From contig OZ257156.1 in assembly GCA_965279375.1 (NCBI GenBank), positions 3,232,001 to 3,296,000 of the forward strand: a stretch of 64,000 nucleotides of DNA, read 5' to 3'. The notes beneath the pieces were generated by a model. It ran no database searches. It saw only the letters and a program-made list of their open reading frames with translations, and was not told the origin of the DNA. The position numbers and the translations under genes are program-made. Position 1 is the first letter of the stretch. The number at the start of each line of letters is the position of its first letter. The stretch is from Gemmatimonas sp. GTDB taxonomy: Bacteria > Gemmatimonadota > Gemmatimonadetes > Gemmatimonadales > Gemmatimonadaceae. This document shows positions 1 to 9,319 of the stretch, one piece after another.

Positions 1-850
1 CGTTGCGGACGATGCGCGTATTGACCGCATCGGAGAACACCCAGCGCGGCAGCGCCTTCGTCACATCCTCGGCGAGATGGGGTGTGTTGGACATACCGCC
101 GCCGAGCACGATGATGTCCGGGTCGAGCAGGTTGATGACCGAGGCGAGTGCACGGGCAAGACGATCGTGATAGCGCGTGAGCGTTTCGACGGCTTGCGCG
201 TCACCCGCTGCGGCGAGTGCGTTGATCTCGCGGGCCGGCAGCATCTGCCCCGCGCGTTCGGCGTAGTCGCGCTGGAAGCCCGGGCCGGACAGCCATGACT
301 CGATGCACCCCGACTTGCCGCAATAGCAGGACGGGCCGGGACGCTCATCGTCCTGCGGCCACGGCAGCGGGTTGTGGCCCCACTCGCCGGCGATGAGGTT
401 GGCGCCCACGAGGCATTCGCCATTCACGACGATGCCACCGCCCACGCCTGTGCCCAGAATGACGCCGAAGACCACCGGCGCGCCGACGGCGCCGCCATCA
501 CCGGCTTCGGAGAGGGCGAAGCAGTTGGCGTCGTTGGCGAGGCGGACCTGTCGGGTGAGTCGTTCCTCGAGGTCGAGGCCGAGCGGCTGCCCGATGAGCC
601 AGACGGAGTTGGCGTTCTTGACGAGCCCCGTCTCGGGGACGACCGCGCCAGGAATGCCCACGCCGACCGTCGCCGATCCGGGCGACACGTGTGCGGCGTG
701 CTCCAGTTCGTCCACGAGCGTGGCGATGGCGTGGACTGTCTCTTTGTACGAGCGCGGGGTGGGGACACGGAGCCGGGCGAGTGCTTCGCCGGATCTGGCG
801 AGAGCGATGCCCTCGATTTTGGTGCCGCCGAGATCGATACCGATACGCAT
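1..850 (-). CDS. mak: ROK family sugar kinase (manno/fructokinase Mak-like), 3' end runs off the window
   Basis: Not in the ORF track; translated by hand from ATG at 850: MRIGIDLGGTKIE...LANDANCFALSEA...GVILGTGVGGG...AGEWGHNPLPW...CYCGKSGCIE. These are ROK signatures with the Zn-binding Cys motif. Confidence 0.9.
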   Translation of the reverse strand, partial: MRIGIDLGGTKIEGIALARSGEALARLRVPTPRSYKETVHAIATLVDELEHAAHVSPGSATVGVGIPGAVVPETGLVKNANSVWLIGQPLGLDLEERLTRQVRLANDANCFALSEAGDGGAVGAPVVFGVILGTGVGGGIVVNGECLVGANLIAGEWGHNPLPWPQDDERPGPSCYCGKSGCIESWLSGPGFQRDYAERAGQMLPAREINALAAAGDAQAVETLTRYHDRLARALASVINLLDPDIIVLGGGMSNTPHLAEDVTKALPRWVFSDAVNTRIVRN

Positions 851-985
851 GATGAGGGCCAGAGTGGCGCGGTGCCGCGCCCGAGGCAAGGGGCGCGGGT
901 ACGGCAGGAGTTCTGCCTGTGCGGCAGCGCCGTCTGGAAGTAGTTTGGCCGCATGCATGCTGAATGGGTTCTGAAGCGTTCCGCG

Positions 986-2578
986 ATGGTCCGGCCAGTA
1001 CAACGCGCGGTGCGTGCGACCGCTGCTGCGGTCCTGCTTTCATCCTCGTTGGCGCTCGCGGCTTGCGGTGGCGGCGGCGACACGCCGACCGCGCCCGTAA
1101 CGCCGCCGCCGGTCGTACCTCCCACGCCGCCCGCACCGGTCACGGTCCCGGCGCTGACGCGCGAATTCCGCGGGTTGTGGATCGCGACGGTGGCGAACAT
1201 CGACTGGCCGTCGAGCTCCGGGCTCTCCATCGCCGCGCAGCAAGCGGAGCTGGTTGCGATTCTCAACCTGGCCCGTGCCACGGGGCTCAATGCCGTCGTA
1301 CTGCAGGTCCGCGCGAATGGCGATGCCTTGTACCAGTCCACACTGGAACCGTGGGCGCGCTCGCTGACAGGCACGCAAGGCACCAACCCGGGGTGGGATC
1401 CACTCTCATTTGCGGTGTCGCAAGCGCATGCGCGCGGTCTCGAACTGCACGCGTGGTTCAATCCGTTTCGCGCGGGCAACCTGAGCGACACGCTGCGCAT
1501 GGACGCGATGCACTTCGCCAAGCGGCGGCCGGATCTCGCGCGGGCGTACTGCTCGCAGCTGTGGTTCGATCCCGGCGAAACGGCCGTGCACGATCAGGCG
1601 ATTGCAGTCGTGCAGGACGTCGTGCGCCGCTACGCGGTCGATGCCGTACATCTGGACGATTTCTTCTATCCGTATCCTGAAACGCGTTGTCCGTCACTGC
1701 AATTTCCCGACAGCGCCGGATTCGCGCGCTATCGCACGGCGGGGGGATCGCTCGCGCGTGACGATTGGCGACGCGACAACGTGAATCGCTTTGTCGAGCG
1801 ACTGTATGGGGCCGTGCGCGCCGAATCACGAACGGTGCGGGTGGGCATCAGTCCATTCGGTATCTGGCGGCCTGGCAATCCGGCCGGGATCACCGGTCTC
1901 GACGCATACGGCTCGATCTACGCCGACTCTCGGCAGTGGCTGCAGCGCGGCTGGGTGGACTACTTCGCGCCGCAGCTCTACTGGTCGATCGCGTCGACGG
2001 GACAGAGTTTTCCAGCGTTGCTGGACTGGTGGTCACAGCAGAACACGCTGCGCCGGCACCTGTGGCCCGGACTAGCCGCATATCGTGTCGCCGACGGCAC
2101 CTCCAGTTCCTTCGGAGCCGGAGAGATCAACTCGCAGGTGCTCCTGGCTCGCGGACGGAGCGGCGCTGCGGGTGGCCCCACGGGAACGGTGTTGTACAAC
2201 ACGACGTCGTTGCGGCTGAACCGCGACGGGTTGGCCACGTTGCTCACGGGCGGCGCGTATGCTGCGGCGGCGCTGGTTCCGGCTTCCACGTGGCTGGATG
2301 CGACGGTGCCGTCGGCGCCGTCGCTGACGGTTGCAGCGGTGTCCGGACAGGGGACGATTTGGCGAGTGAACATCGCGGGAGATGGTGGCAAACCGTTGTC
2401 ATGGTGGGCGGTTCGCTGGCGCAACGGCAATAATTGGTCGATGCGCGTGGTGAGCGCCGATGAGCGAACGGTGGACGTACCGAACACGGCTGGTGGCGTG
2501 GGGACCGATGCCATCGCGGTGCACGCGGTGGATCGCGCGGGCAACGCAAGCGACGCGGCGGTGTGGCGCGCGCCGTAG
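986..2578 (+). CDS. GHL10/DUF187 glycoside hydrolase-like lipoprotein (YddW/DigH-like)
   Basis: Lipobox LAAC, Pro-rich linker, then REFRGLWIATVANIDWP, LHAWFNPFR, HLDDFFYPYP and GWVDYFAPQLYW. ATG 986 chosen over 953. Confidence 0.85.
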   Translation: MVRPVQRAVRATAAAVLLSSSLALAACGGGGDTPTAPVTPPPVVPPTPPAPVTVPALTREFRGLWIATVANIDWPSSSGLSIAAQQAELVAILNLARATGLNAVVLQVRANGDALYQSTLEPWARSLTGTQGTNPGWDPLSFAVSQAHARGLELHAWFNPFRAGNLSDTLRMDAMHFAKRRPDLARAYCSQLWFDPGETAVHDQAIAVVQDVVRRYAVDAVHLDDFFYPYPETRCPSLQFPDSAGFARYRTAGGSLARDDWRRDNVNRFVERLYGAVRAESRTVRVGISPFGIWRPGNPAGITGLDAYGSIYADSRQWLQRGWVDYFAPQLYWSIASTGQSFPALLDWWSQQNTLRRHLWPGLAAYRVADGTSSSFGAGEINSQVLLARGRSGAAGGPTGTVLYNTTSLRLNRDGLATLLTGGAYAAAALVPASTWLDATVPSAPSLTVAAVSGQGTIWRVNIAGDGGKPLSWWAVRWRNGNNWSMRVVSADERTVDVPNTAGGVGTDAIAVHAVDRAGNASDAAVWRAP

Positions 2579-2728
2579 CCCACGGGTCATGCGGTTGATG
2601 GGATTTGCTACATGTGGCAGCGCCACGGCGAGTTGTGCTCGCGGCGGCGGCGCTGCTGGTTCCGGAGGTGACGTGCCGCGACGCAGTGGCGTGTCTTGCG
2701 CTGGTATCTCACGCTTCACGTCGCTCTG

Positions 2729-5401
2729 ATGCTGTCTTCTCCTCGCGTGCGTTGGTACTCCGCAAGCATTCTCACCGCCGTTGTCGGCGCGGTGATCACG
2801 GTGGTCGTGTACCGAAGGACGGGGGTGGGCTACCCGTTCATCGCCGGCTGGACGATGCTGCTCGTGCTGCTGGGCGGCGCGGGGCCGTCGTTGGTGGCGG
2901 GGTGGGGCACGATGGCTTTGGCGTGCCTGATCAATCAGGGCCCGTCCATCTTCGTCTCCACGCGCGCGGACCTCGTACGCGCCGGTGCGAGCACAATCAT
3001 GATTGCGGGCGCGTCCTTTTTGGCGGAGTTGTGGCGGCGTAGTCGCATGGCGGCGGAGGAGCGAGAGGCGCGCGTGCGCGAGGGTGCATCGTCGCTGCAG
3101 GAGTTGCTGGACGGCCTGACGGATGGCGTGCTGCTCACTGACGCCGAGTTCCGGGCGACGTACGCCAACGCGCAGTTGCTCGAGATTCTGGGCATGTCGC
3201 GCGACCAGCTTATTGGTCGTTCGTGGGAGCAATTGCGCTCGATGGCCGACATCAACGGCGCACCGCTGGAGCTCTCGTCGCTCGCAGAGCGTGAGTCGGT
3301 GCTGGTGGAACGCGTCGTGCACCGCCTGGATGGCAGTTCGACGATCGTCGAGGCGTCGATACGCATGCTCCCCGGCGGACGTGTGTTGGCCTCCGTGCGC
3401 GACATCAGCGAGCGGCGACGGGCGCAGGAGCGGCAGCAGGCCGAGCGCAATCTTCTGGACGGCATTCTCGCGACGAGTGTGGCGGGCGTGCTGGTGGTGG
3501 ATCTCGACGGTGAGATCACGTTCGCCAATCGTCGCGCCGAAGAGGTGCTGGAACTCACCCGCACGGAACACGGCACGCAGCGATACGCGAAGCCCGAGTG
3601 GGAAACCGCCAGTCTTGATGGCACGCCCTGGACCACCGAGCAACGGCCGTCGTCGCGCGTGAAGGCCACGAATGCGCCTGTGTTCGACGTGCGTCACGCG
3701 ATCGACTTTCCCGACGGACGGCGACTCGTGCTCTCAGTGAATGCCGCGCCGCTCAACGCGGAGGATGGCAGCATTCGCGCGATCGTCGTGGTCGTCTCCG
3801 ACATCACCGAGGCAATCACGGCCGCGCAGGCGATTCAGGAGCGCGATGCGCAGCTCGCGCGCATCACGGAAGCGATTCCGGGAATGGTGTACCAGTACTG
3901 GCTCGACAGCAGCGGCTATGAGCGCTTTCTCTATGCGAGTCGTTACTCGATGACGCTGCTGGAGCAGCCACCTGAAGCGATCGTCGCCGATGCGTCGTTG
4001 GGCTGGTCGTTGATGCACCCCGAAGATGTGCCTGAGGTGCGGAGAACGGTCGCGATTTCGTTCAGCACTCTCGAGCCGTGGATGCACGAGTTCCGCATGC
4101 GCGATCCCAGATCGCCGGAGCACTGGCGCTGGATTTCCGCACGCGCGATCCCGGAGCGAGTCGAAGGCATGGATGCCGTCGTCTGGGCGGGGATCATGCT
4201 CGACGTGACGGAGCGCAAGCAGCTCGAGGACGAACTGCGACAGGCGCAGAAGATGGAGAGCGTGGGCCGGCTCGCGGGCGGAATCGCGCACGATTTCAAC
4301 AATCTGCTCACCGCAATTCTCGGTCACGCCGAGTTGCTGGCGCTCGATGCACCGTCAACCGGTGACTTCGCCGAAAGCATCGAGCAGATCCGCGCCGCGG
4401 CCGAGTCAGGAAGTGCGCTCACTCGGCAGTTGTTGGGCTTTGCGCGCAAACAGGTCGTCGCGCCGCAGCTCGTCGAGGTGAATGCGAGTGTGCGCCGACT
4501 TCCGTCGCTCATGCGCCGGTTGCTGAGCGACAACGTCGCGATCGACGTGACGCTCGATGAGGCGGTCGGGCACGTGCGCATCGATCCAGCGCAACTCGAT
4601 CAGGTGCTGATGAATCTGGCCGTGAACTCGATGGACGCGATGCCGTCGGGAGGTCAGCTCCAACTTACGACGTCGCGCATCGATGCGTCCGCCCGCACCG
4701 GCGAGCTTGCCGCCGCAGCGCCGGGTTCGCTCGTTCAGATTCTGGTGACGGACAGTGGACACGGCATGAGCGACGATGTGCGCCGGCGCGCGTTCGAACC
4801 GTTCTTCACCACCAAGGCGCAAGGCAAGGGCACCGGACTGGGCCTGGCGACCAGCTACGGCATCATCTCCCAAGCCGGCGGCGTCATTCTCATCGACAGC
4901 ACCGTCGGACGCGGTACGACCGTTCGCCTCTGTTTGCCCGAGGCGATGGATCCGGTTCCGCCTGCGCCCAGCGAGGCGATGCCGCTCGGGCGTGCAGCAC
5001 TCGGTGGCTCGGCGCACGAAGGTCGCGAGACCGTCCTCGTTGTTGACGACGACGAGCGCGTGCGCCAGATCACTGCAGAGTCGCTGCGCCGGTTCGGGTA
5101 CGTTGTGCTCACGGCGGAGAGTGGCGCGGCGGCGATAGATCTGTCGCGTGGCGAACCGGGGCGCATCGACCTGCTGGTGACCGATGTGGTAATGCCGGGC
5201 ATGAGCGGTCGTGAACTCGCTGACGTGCTGCAGCGAGAGCGACCGGCGATTCGCGTACTGTTCGTCTCAGGCTACACTGGAGGCGCCATCGAGCATCATG
5301 GCGTGATCGAGGCTGGGCTCTCGTTCTTGCAGAAGCCATATGATCGGGCCGAGCTGGCGAGGCATGTGCGCGCGCTGCTCGACGCGGCATCGCCGCTGTA
5401 A
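2729..5401 (+). CDS. Hybrid sensor histidine kinase/receiver with N-terminal TM helices and three PAS domains
   Basis: H-box AHDFNNLL, N-box [23 protein letters not shown], and a C-terminal receiver (VDDD...TDVVMP...QKP). Start uncertain (2696 TTG or 2729 ATG). Confidence 0.9.
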   Translation: MLSSPRVRWYSASILTAVVGAVITVVVYRRTGVGYPFIAGWTMLLVLLGGAGPSLVAGWGTMALACLINQGPSIFVSTRADLVRAGASTIMIAGASFLAELWRRSRMAAEEREARVREGASSLQELLDGLTDGVLLTDAEFRATYANAQLLEILGMSRDQLIGRSWEQLRSMADINGAPLELSSLAERESVLVERVVHRLDGSSTIVEASIRMLPGGRVLASVRDISERRRAQERQQAERNLLDGILATSVAGVLVVDLDGEITFANRRAEEVLELTRTEHGTQRYAKPEWETASLDGTPWTTEQRPSSRVKATNAPVFDVRHAIDFPDGRRLVLSVNAAPLNAEDGSIRAIVVVVSDITEAITAAQAIQERDAQLARITEAIPGMVYQYWLDSSGYERFLYASRYSMTLLEQPPEAIVADASLGWSLMHPEDVPEVRRTVAISFSTLEPWMHEFRMRDPRSPEHWRWISARAIPERVEGMDAVVWAGIMLDVTERKQLEDELRQAQKMESVGRLAGGIAHDFNNLLTAILGHAELLALDAPSTGDFAESIEQIRAAAESGSALTRQLLGFARKQVVAPQLVEVNASVRRLPSLMRRLLSDNVAIDVTLDEAVGHVRIDPAQLDQVLMNLAVNSMDAMPSGGQLQLTTSRIDASARTGELAAAAPGSLVQILVTDSGHGMSDDVRRRAFEPFFTTKAQGKGTGLGLATSYGIISQAGGVILIDSTVGRGTTVRLCLPEAMDPVPPAPSEAMPLGRAALGGSAHEGRETVLVVDDDERVRQITAESLRRFGYVVLTAESGAAAIDLSRGEPGRIDLLVTDVVMPGMSGRELADVLQRERPAIRVLFVSGYTGGAIEHHGVIEAGLSFLQKPYDRAELARHVRALLDAASPL

Positions 5402-5455
5402 CTCGCGTTCGTACGACGATTCCGTTTCAGCGTTACCCACTTCTTCGAGGTGTGC

Positions 5456-7342
5456 ATGCGACTGATGACAACGTGGTGCGTCGGCTTGCTGGCGCTCGCG
5501 GCGAGTGTGCCGCGCGTGGTAGACGCTCAAGTCCCTGCGGGAACATCCGCGACTGCCGCAGCCACGCGCTACTCGCCGGCGGACTACGTGCAGAGCTCGC
5601 ACGATATCTCAATGCGCGACGGCGTGACGCTGCATCTGGAAGTATTTGCGCCGCGGTCGATCGCGGAGCCACTGCCGTTCCTGCTGCAGCGCACGCCGTA
5701 CGGCGTTGGCGCAGCGGGGCTGCGATTGGCTGGGAGCTACAAGGAGTTGGCGGAGGATGGCTACATCTTCGTCTTTGCTGACATCCGAGGTCGCTACAAG
5801 TCGAACGGAACGTTCGTGATGCAGCGGCCGCCACGTCCGCTCGATGGCCCACAGACGGCGATCGACGAGAGCACCGACACGTACGACACCATTGCGTGGC
5901 TCGTCTCCAATATGCCGAGCAACAATGGGCGCGTTGGCATGCTGGGCGTGTCGTACGACGGTTGGACCGCCGCGATGGGCATGCTCGATCCGCATCCGGC
6001 ACTCAAGGCGGTGAGCCCGCAGGCGTCACCGGCGGACATGTTCATCGGCGACGACTTTCATCACAACGGGGCGTTCCGTCTGAGCTACGGCTTCGAGTAC
6101 GCGTTCCTGACCGAGGCGAGCAAGGAGAATTCGAACTTCACGTTCGATTCGTTCGATACGTACGAGTGGTATCTCAAGCTGGGGCCGTTGTCGAACGTGC
6201 AGTCGCGCTATCTGAAGGACAAGAAGCTCCCCACCTGGACTGACTTCGCGGAGCATCCCAACTACGACGCGTTCTGGCAGCGACAGGCGATGAAGCCGTA
6301 TCTCAAGCGCGTGACGATGCCGACGCTGAACGTGGCAGGGTGGTGGGATCAGGAAGACTTCTACGGCCCGGTCACCATCTATCGCGAGTTGGAGAAGCGC
6401 GACACACGCGGCGAGAACGCGCTGGTCGTTGGTCCGTGGTGGCACGGTGGATGGAGCAGCGGTCCCGGACAGAAGATCGGCGCCATCGATTTCAAGTCAG
6501 CGACGGGCGAGTACTACCGGCAGAAGATTCAGGCGCCGTTCTTCGCGCACTATCTCAAGGACGTTGGTCGCTACACGCCACCTGAAGCGACGGTGTTCGA
6601 GTCGGGGAGCAACACGTGGCGCACGTTCACCGCGTGGCCACCCAAGGAGGCGGTCACTCGATCGCTGTACTTCCGAGCGGACGGGCGACTGTCGTTCGAT
6701 GCGCCGACGGCCGCCGACGCCAATGGCGTGGATCGCTTCGTGAGCGATCCTGCGAAACCCGTTCCGTATCGCAAGCGGCCCATCGAGCCGACGTACAACC
6801 CGCAAGGTTCGGGGTGGCGGACGTGGCTGATGGAAGATCAGCGCTTCGTACAGAACCGCCCCGACGTACTGAGTTGGGAAACGGAGCCGCTCAAGGAAGA
6901 CGTGGTGGTCGCGGGTGACATCACGGCGCGACTGTTCGCCAGCACGACGGGACAGGACGCCGATTGGGTGGTGAAGCTGATCGATGTCTACCCGGAAGAC
7001 ATGCGCCCCGACTGGCAGCTGAGCGGCTACGAACTGATGGTGGCCAACGATGTGTTCCGCGGTCGCTTCCACAAGTCGTTCGAGCGCCCGGAACCGCTCG
7101 TGCCCAATCGTGTGACGCCCTTCACGGTGGATCTGCATACCCAGAGCTACCGGTTCCTCAAGGGGCACAAGATCATGGTGCAGGTGCAGAGCACTTGGTT
7201 TCCGCTCATCGATCGCAATCCGCAGACGTGGGTGCCCAACATCTTCCGCGCGAGTGCCAGCGACTACAGGGCGCAAACGCATTCCGTATGGCGCACACCG
7301 ACCAATGCCTCGCGCGTGGACATTCAGACCGTTGCACGATGA
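5456..7342 (+). CDS. CocE/NonD family hydrolase (alpha-amino acid ester hydrolase / X-Pro dipeptidyl peptidase S15-like), secreted
   Basis: Signal peptide, RTPY, nucleophile motif GVSYDG, WDQED, GPWWHG and a PepX_C-like C-terminus. GAGG SD before ATG 5456. Confidence 0.9.
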   Translation: MRLMTTWCVGLLALAASVPRVVDAQVPAGTSATAAATRYSPADYVQSSHDISMRDGVTLHLEVFAPRSIAEPLPFLLQRTPYGVGAAGLRLAGSYKELAEDGYIFVFADIRGRYKSNGTFVMQRPPRPLDGPQTAIDESTDTYDTIAWLVSNMPSNNGRVGMLGVSYDGWTAAMGMLDPHPALKAVSPQASPADMFIGDDFHHNGAFRLSYGFEYAFLTEASKENSNFTFDSFDTYEWYLKLGPLSNVQSRYLKDKKLPTWTDFAEHPNYDAFWQRQAMKPYLKRVTMPTLNVAGWWDQEDFYGPVTIYRELEKRDTRGENALVVGPWWHGGWSSGPGQKIGAIDFKSATGEYYRQKIQAPFFAHYLKDVGRYTPPEATVFESGSNTWRTFTAWPPKEAVTRSLYFRADGRLSFDAPTAADANGVDRFVSDPAKPVPYRKRPIEPTYNPQGSGWRTWLMEDQRFVQNRPDVLSWETEPLKEDVVVAGDITARLFASTTGQDADWVVKLIDVYPEDMRPDWQLSGYELMVANDVFRGRFHKSFERPEPLVPNRVTPFTVDLHTQSYRFLKGHKIMVQVQSTWFPLIDRNPQTWVPNIFRASASDYRAQTHSVWRTPTNASRVDIQTVAR

Positions 7343-7369
7343 GCACGCGCATTCGCTGAGGGCGATCGC

Positions 7370-9313
7370 GTGAGCACAGCCGTTGCGCTGGCGCTAATCG
7401 CGTGCGTGCTGCAGATCGCCACAGCAGTCGTGGTGTTCGTCATAGCGCGCGCGCCCGACTGGCAACGCGCGCGATTGTTCGGGTTCATCGCGCTCACTGC
7501 GGCCATTTACAGCGGCGTTGACATCTGGGCGGTGTCAGAGCCACTACCCATCGAGGCACTCGATTGGGTGGTGCGCATCAATCTCACCACAGCCGGTTTG
7601 CACGCGTCTGCGTGGCTGCTCTACACGTTCGCAGACGCGAGTGGGTCGTGGCGCAGTCTCAGTCCGCGCGTTCAGCGGCTGGCGCTCGGCAATATTGTGC
7701 TCACGGCTGTGCTCGGACTGTCGGGGCTGGCCATCGATCGCACTGCCGATGTGCGAATGACCATTCCGTCGCTCGGCGTGGACTACTCGATCCCGACGCT
7801 GACAACCGTCGGCGCGATCACCACGATTCTCGTCTTCTCCACGCTGCTCGTTTCGATCGCCGAATGGGTGCGACGCGCCATTCGTGGCGAGCCAGGCGCA
7901 GTGGGATTGTCGATCGGGTTCTCGCTGTTTCTGCTGTGTGCGCTGGAAGAAGCGCTGGTGAGCTCCGGCGCGTTGCACTTCCTCTTTCTCAGCGACCTCG
8001 GCTACATCTTCACCGCCGTGCCGGTGTTCGTGCAGCTCGTGCGTCGCTTCACCGACGATGCGCGGCGCGTGGCGGCATTGTCGCTACGACTTGCCGACGA
8101 GGTGCAGGCGCGTACGCAGGAGCGCGACCAGGCGCGGGATGCGCTGCTGCAACAGGAGCGTCTGGCGGCACTCGGTCGGTTTGCGGCAGGGGTTGGGCAC
8201 GAGGTGAACAACCCGCTGCAGTTCCTCATGCTCAGCCTCGAGGAGTTGCGCAACTCGATCAGCGTTGAAGAACGACAGCGCCTCGCGTTGCCACTGTCGA
8301 ACGCCGCTGAAGGGGCGTCGCGCATCAGGCGCGTGGTGGACGGCCTGCGTACGTACGCGATGCCGTCGAGCGATCGGTTCGTGGCAGTGGACATCAATCA
8401 AGTCGTACGCACCGCCATGCGAGTGGCGAGCGCGCAGCTCCAGCGTGTGGAGCGGGTCATCGCCGATCTTGGCACTGTACCGCCGGTACTCGGCGACGAA
8501 GGGCAGTTGGTGCAGCTGCTCATCAATCCGGTGGTGAACGCGGCGCAAGCGCTGGGTTCGTCGCGTGCGGGCGGTGCAACGCTTGCCGTGCCCGCAGAGA
8601 TTCGGGTGACCACACGACGTACGGAGAGTGGCGAGGTCGAGGTGATCATCGCAGACAACGGTCCGGGGTTCGCTGCATCGGTGTTGCCGCGCTTGGGAGA
8701 GCCGTACGTCACGACTCGCGCGAGCGATGGCGGTACGGGGCTCGGCGTGTTCGTCACTCGCGGACTGGTGCAGTCGCACGGCGGACGTATAGCGATGCAG
8801 AACGCGGAGACGGGTGGCGCGGTGGTGCGGATCGTCCTGCCGGCGAGCGACGAGGCGCAGGTGGTGAGTGCGACTGACAGCGCATCGTCCTCGGGCGCAT
8901 TCGTGATTCCGCAGACTTCGCGGCGCCGCGTATTGCTTGTCGATGACGAACCGCAAGTGTTGCGCGTGCTCTCGCGCGGGCTGGCCGGCGCAGGTTACGA
9001 GGTGCTGTGCGCGTCGGGTGCGGTGGAGGCGCTCACGTTGCTCGACTCGGAGCCGGTGGATGTCATCGTCTCCGACCTGATGATGCCGAACGTCTCCGGA
9101 ATAGAGCTGGCCGCGCGCGTGGCCGCGTCGCATCCCGCGCTGTCGCCACGGCTGTTGTTGATGACAGGAGGCGTAGTCTCGGAAGACGCCGCGGAGATCG
9201 CGCACGTGCCCGCCGATCGTGTCTTGCACAAGCCGATCGCGATCGCGTCGCTGGTGCGACGGCTTCAGTCGTTGGACGCGGCCTCACAGCACGACGCGAT
9301 TACTGCGCCGTAG
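7370..9313 (+). CDS. Hybrid histidine kinase with ~7-TM N-terminal sensor and C-terminal receiver
   Basis: About 7 hydrophobic segments, H-box HEVNNPL, DNGPG, GTGLG, and receiver VDDEP...SDLMMP...HKP. Confidence 0.88.
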   Translation: MSTAVALALIACVLQIATAVVVFVIARAPDWQRARLFGFIALTAAIYSGVDIWAVSEPLPIEALDWVVRINLTTAGLHASAWLLYTFADASGSWRSLSPRVQRLALGNIVLTAVLGLSGLAIDRTADVRMTIPSLGVDYSIPTLTTVGAITTILVFSTLLVSIAEWVRRAIRGEPGAVGLSIGFSLFLLCALEEALVSSGALHFLFLSDLGYIFTAVPVFVQLVRRFTDDARRVAALSLRLADEVQARTQERDQARDALLQQERLAALGRFAAGVGHEVNNPLQFLMLSLEELRNSISVEERQRLALPLSNAAEGASRIRRVVDGLRTYAMPSSDRFVAVDINQVVRTAMRVASAQLQRVERVIADLGTVPPVLGDEGQLVQLLINPVVNAAQALGSSRAGGATLAVPAEIRVTTRRTESGEVEVIIADNGPGFAASVLPRLGEPYVTTRASDGGTGLGVFVTRGLVQSHGGRIAMQNAETGGAVVRIVLPASDEAQVVSATDSASSSGAFVIPQTSRRRVLLVDDEPQVLRVLSRGLAGAGYEVLCASGAVEALTLLDSEPVDVIVSDLMMPNVSGIELAARVAASHPALSPRLLLMTGGVVSEDAAEIAHVPADRVLHKPIAIASLVRRLQSLDAASQHDAITAP

Positions 9314-9319
9314 GGCGCG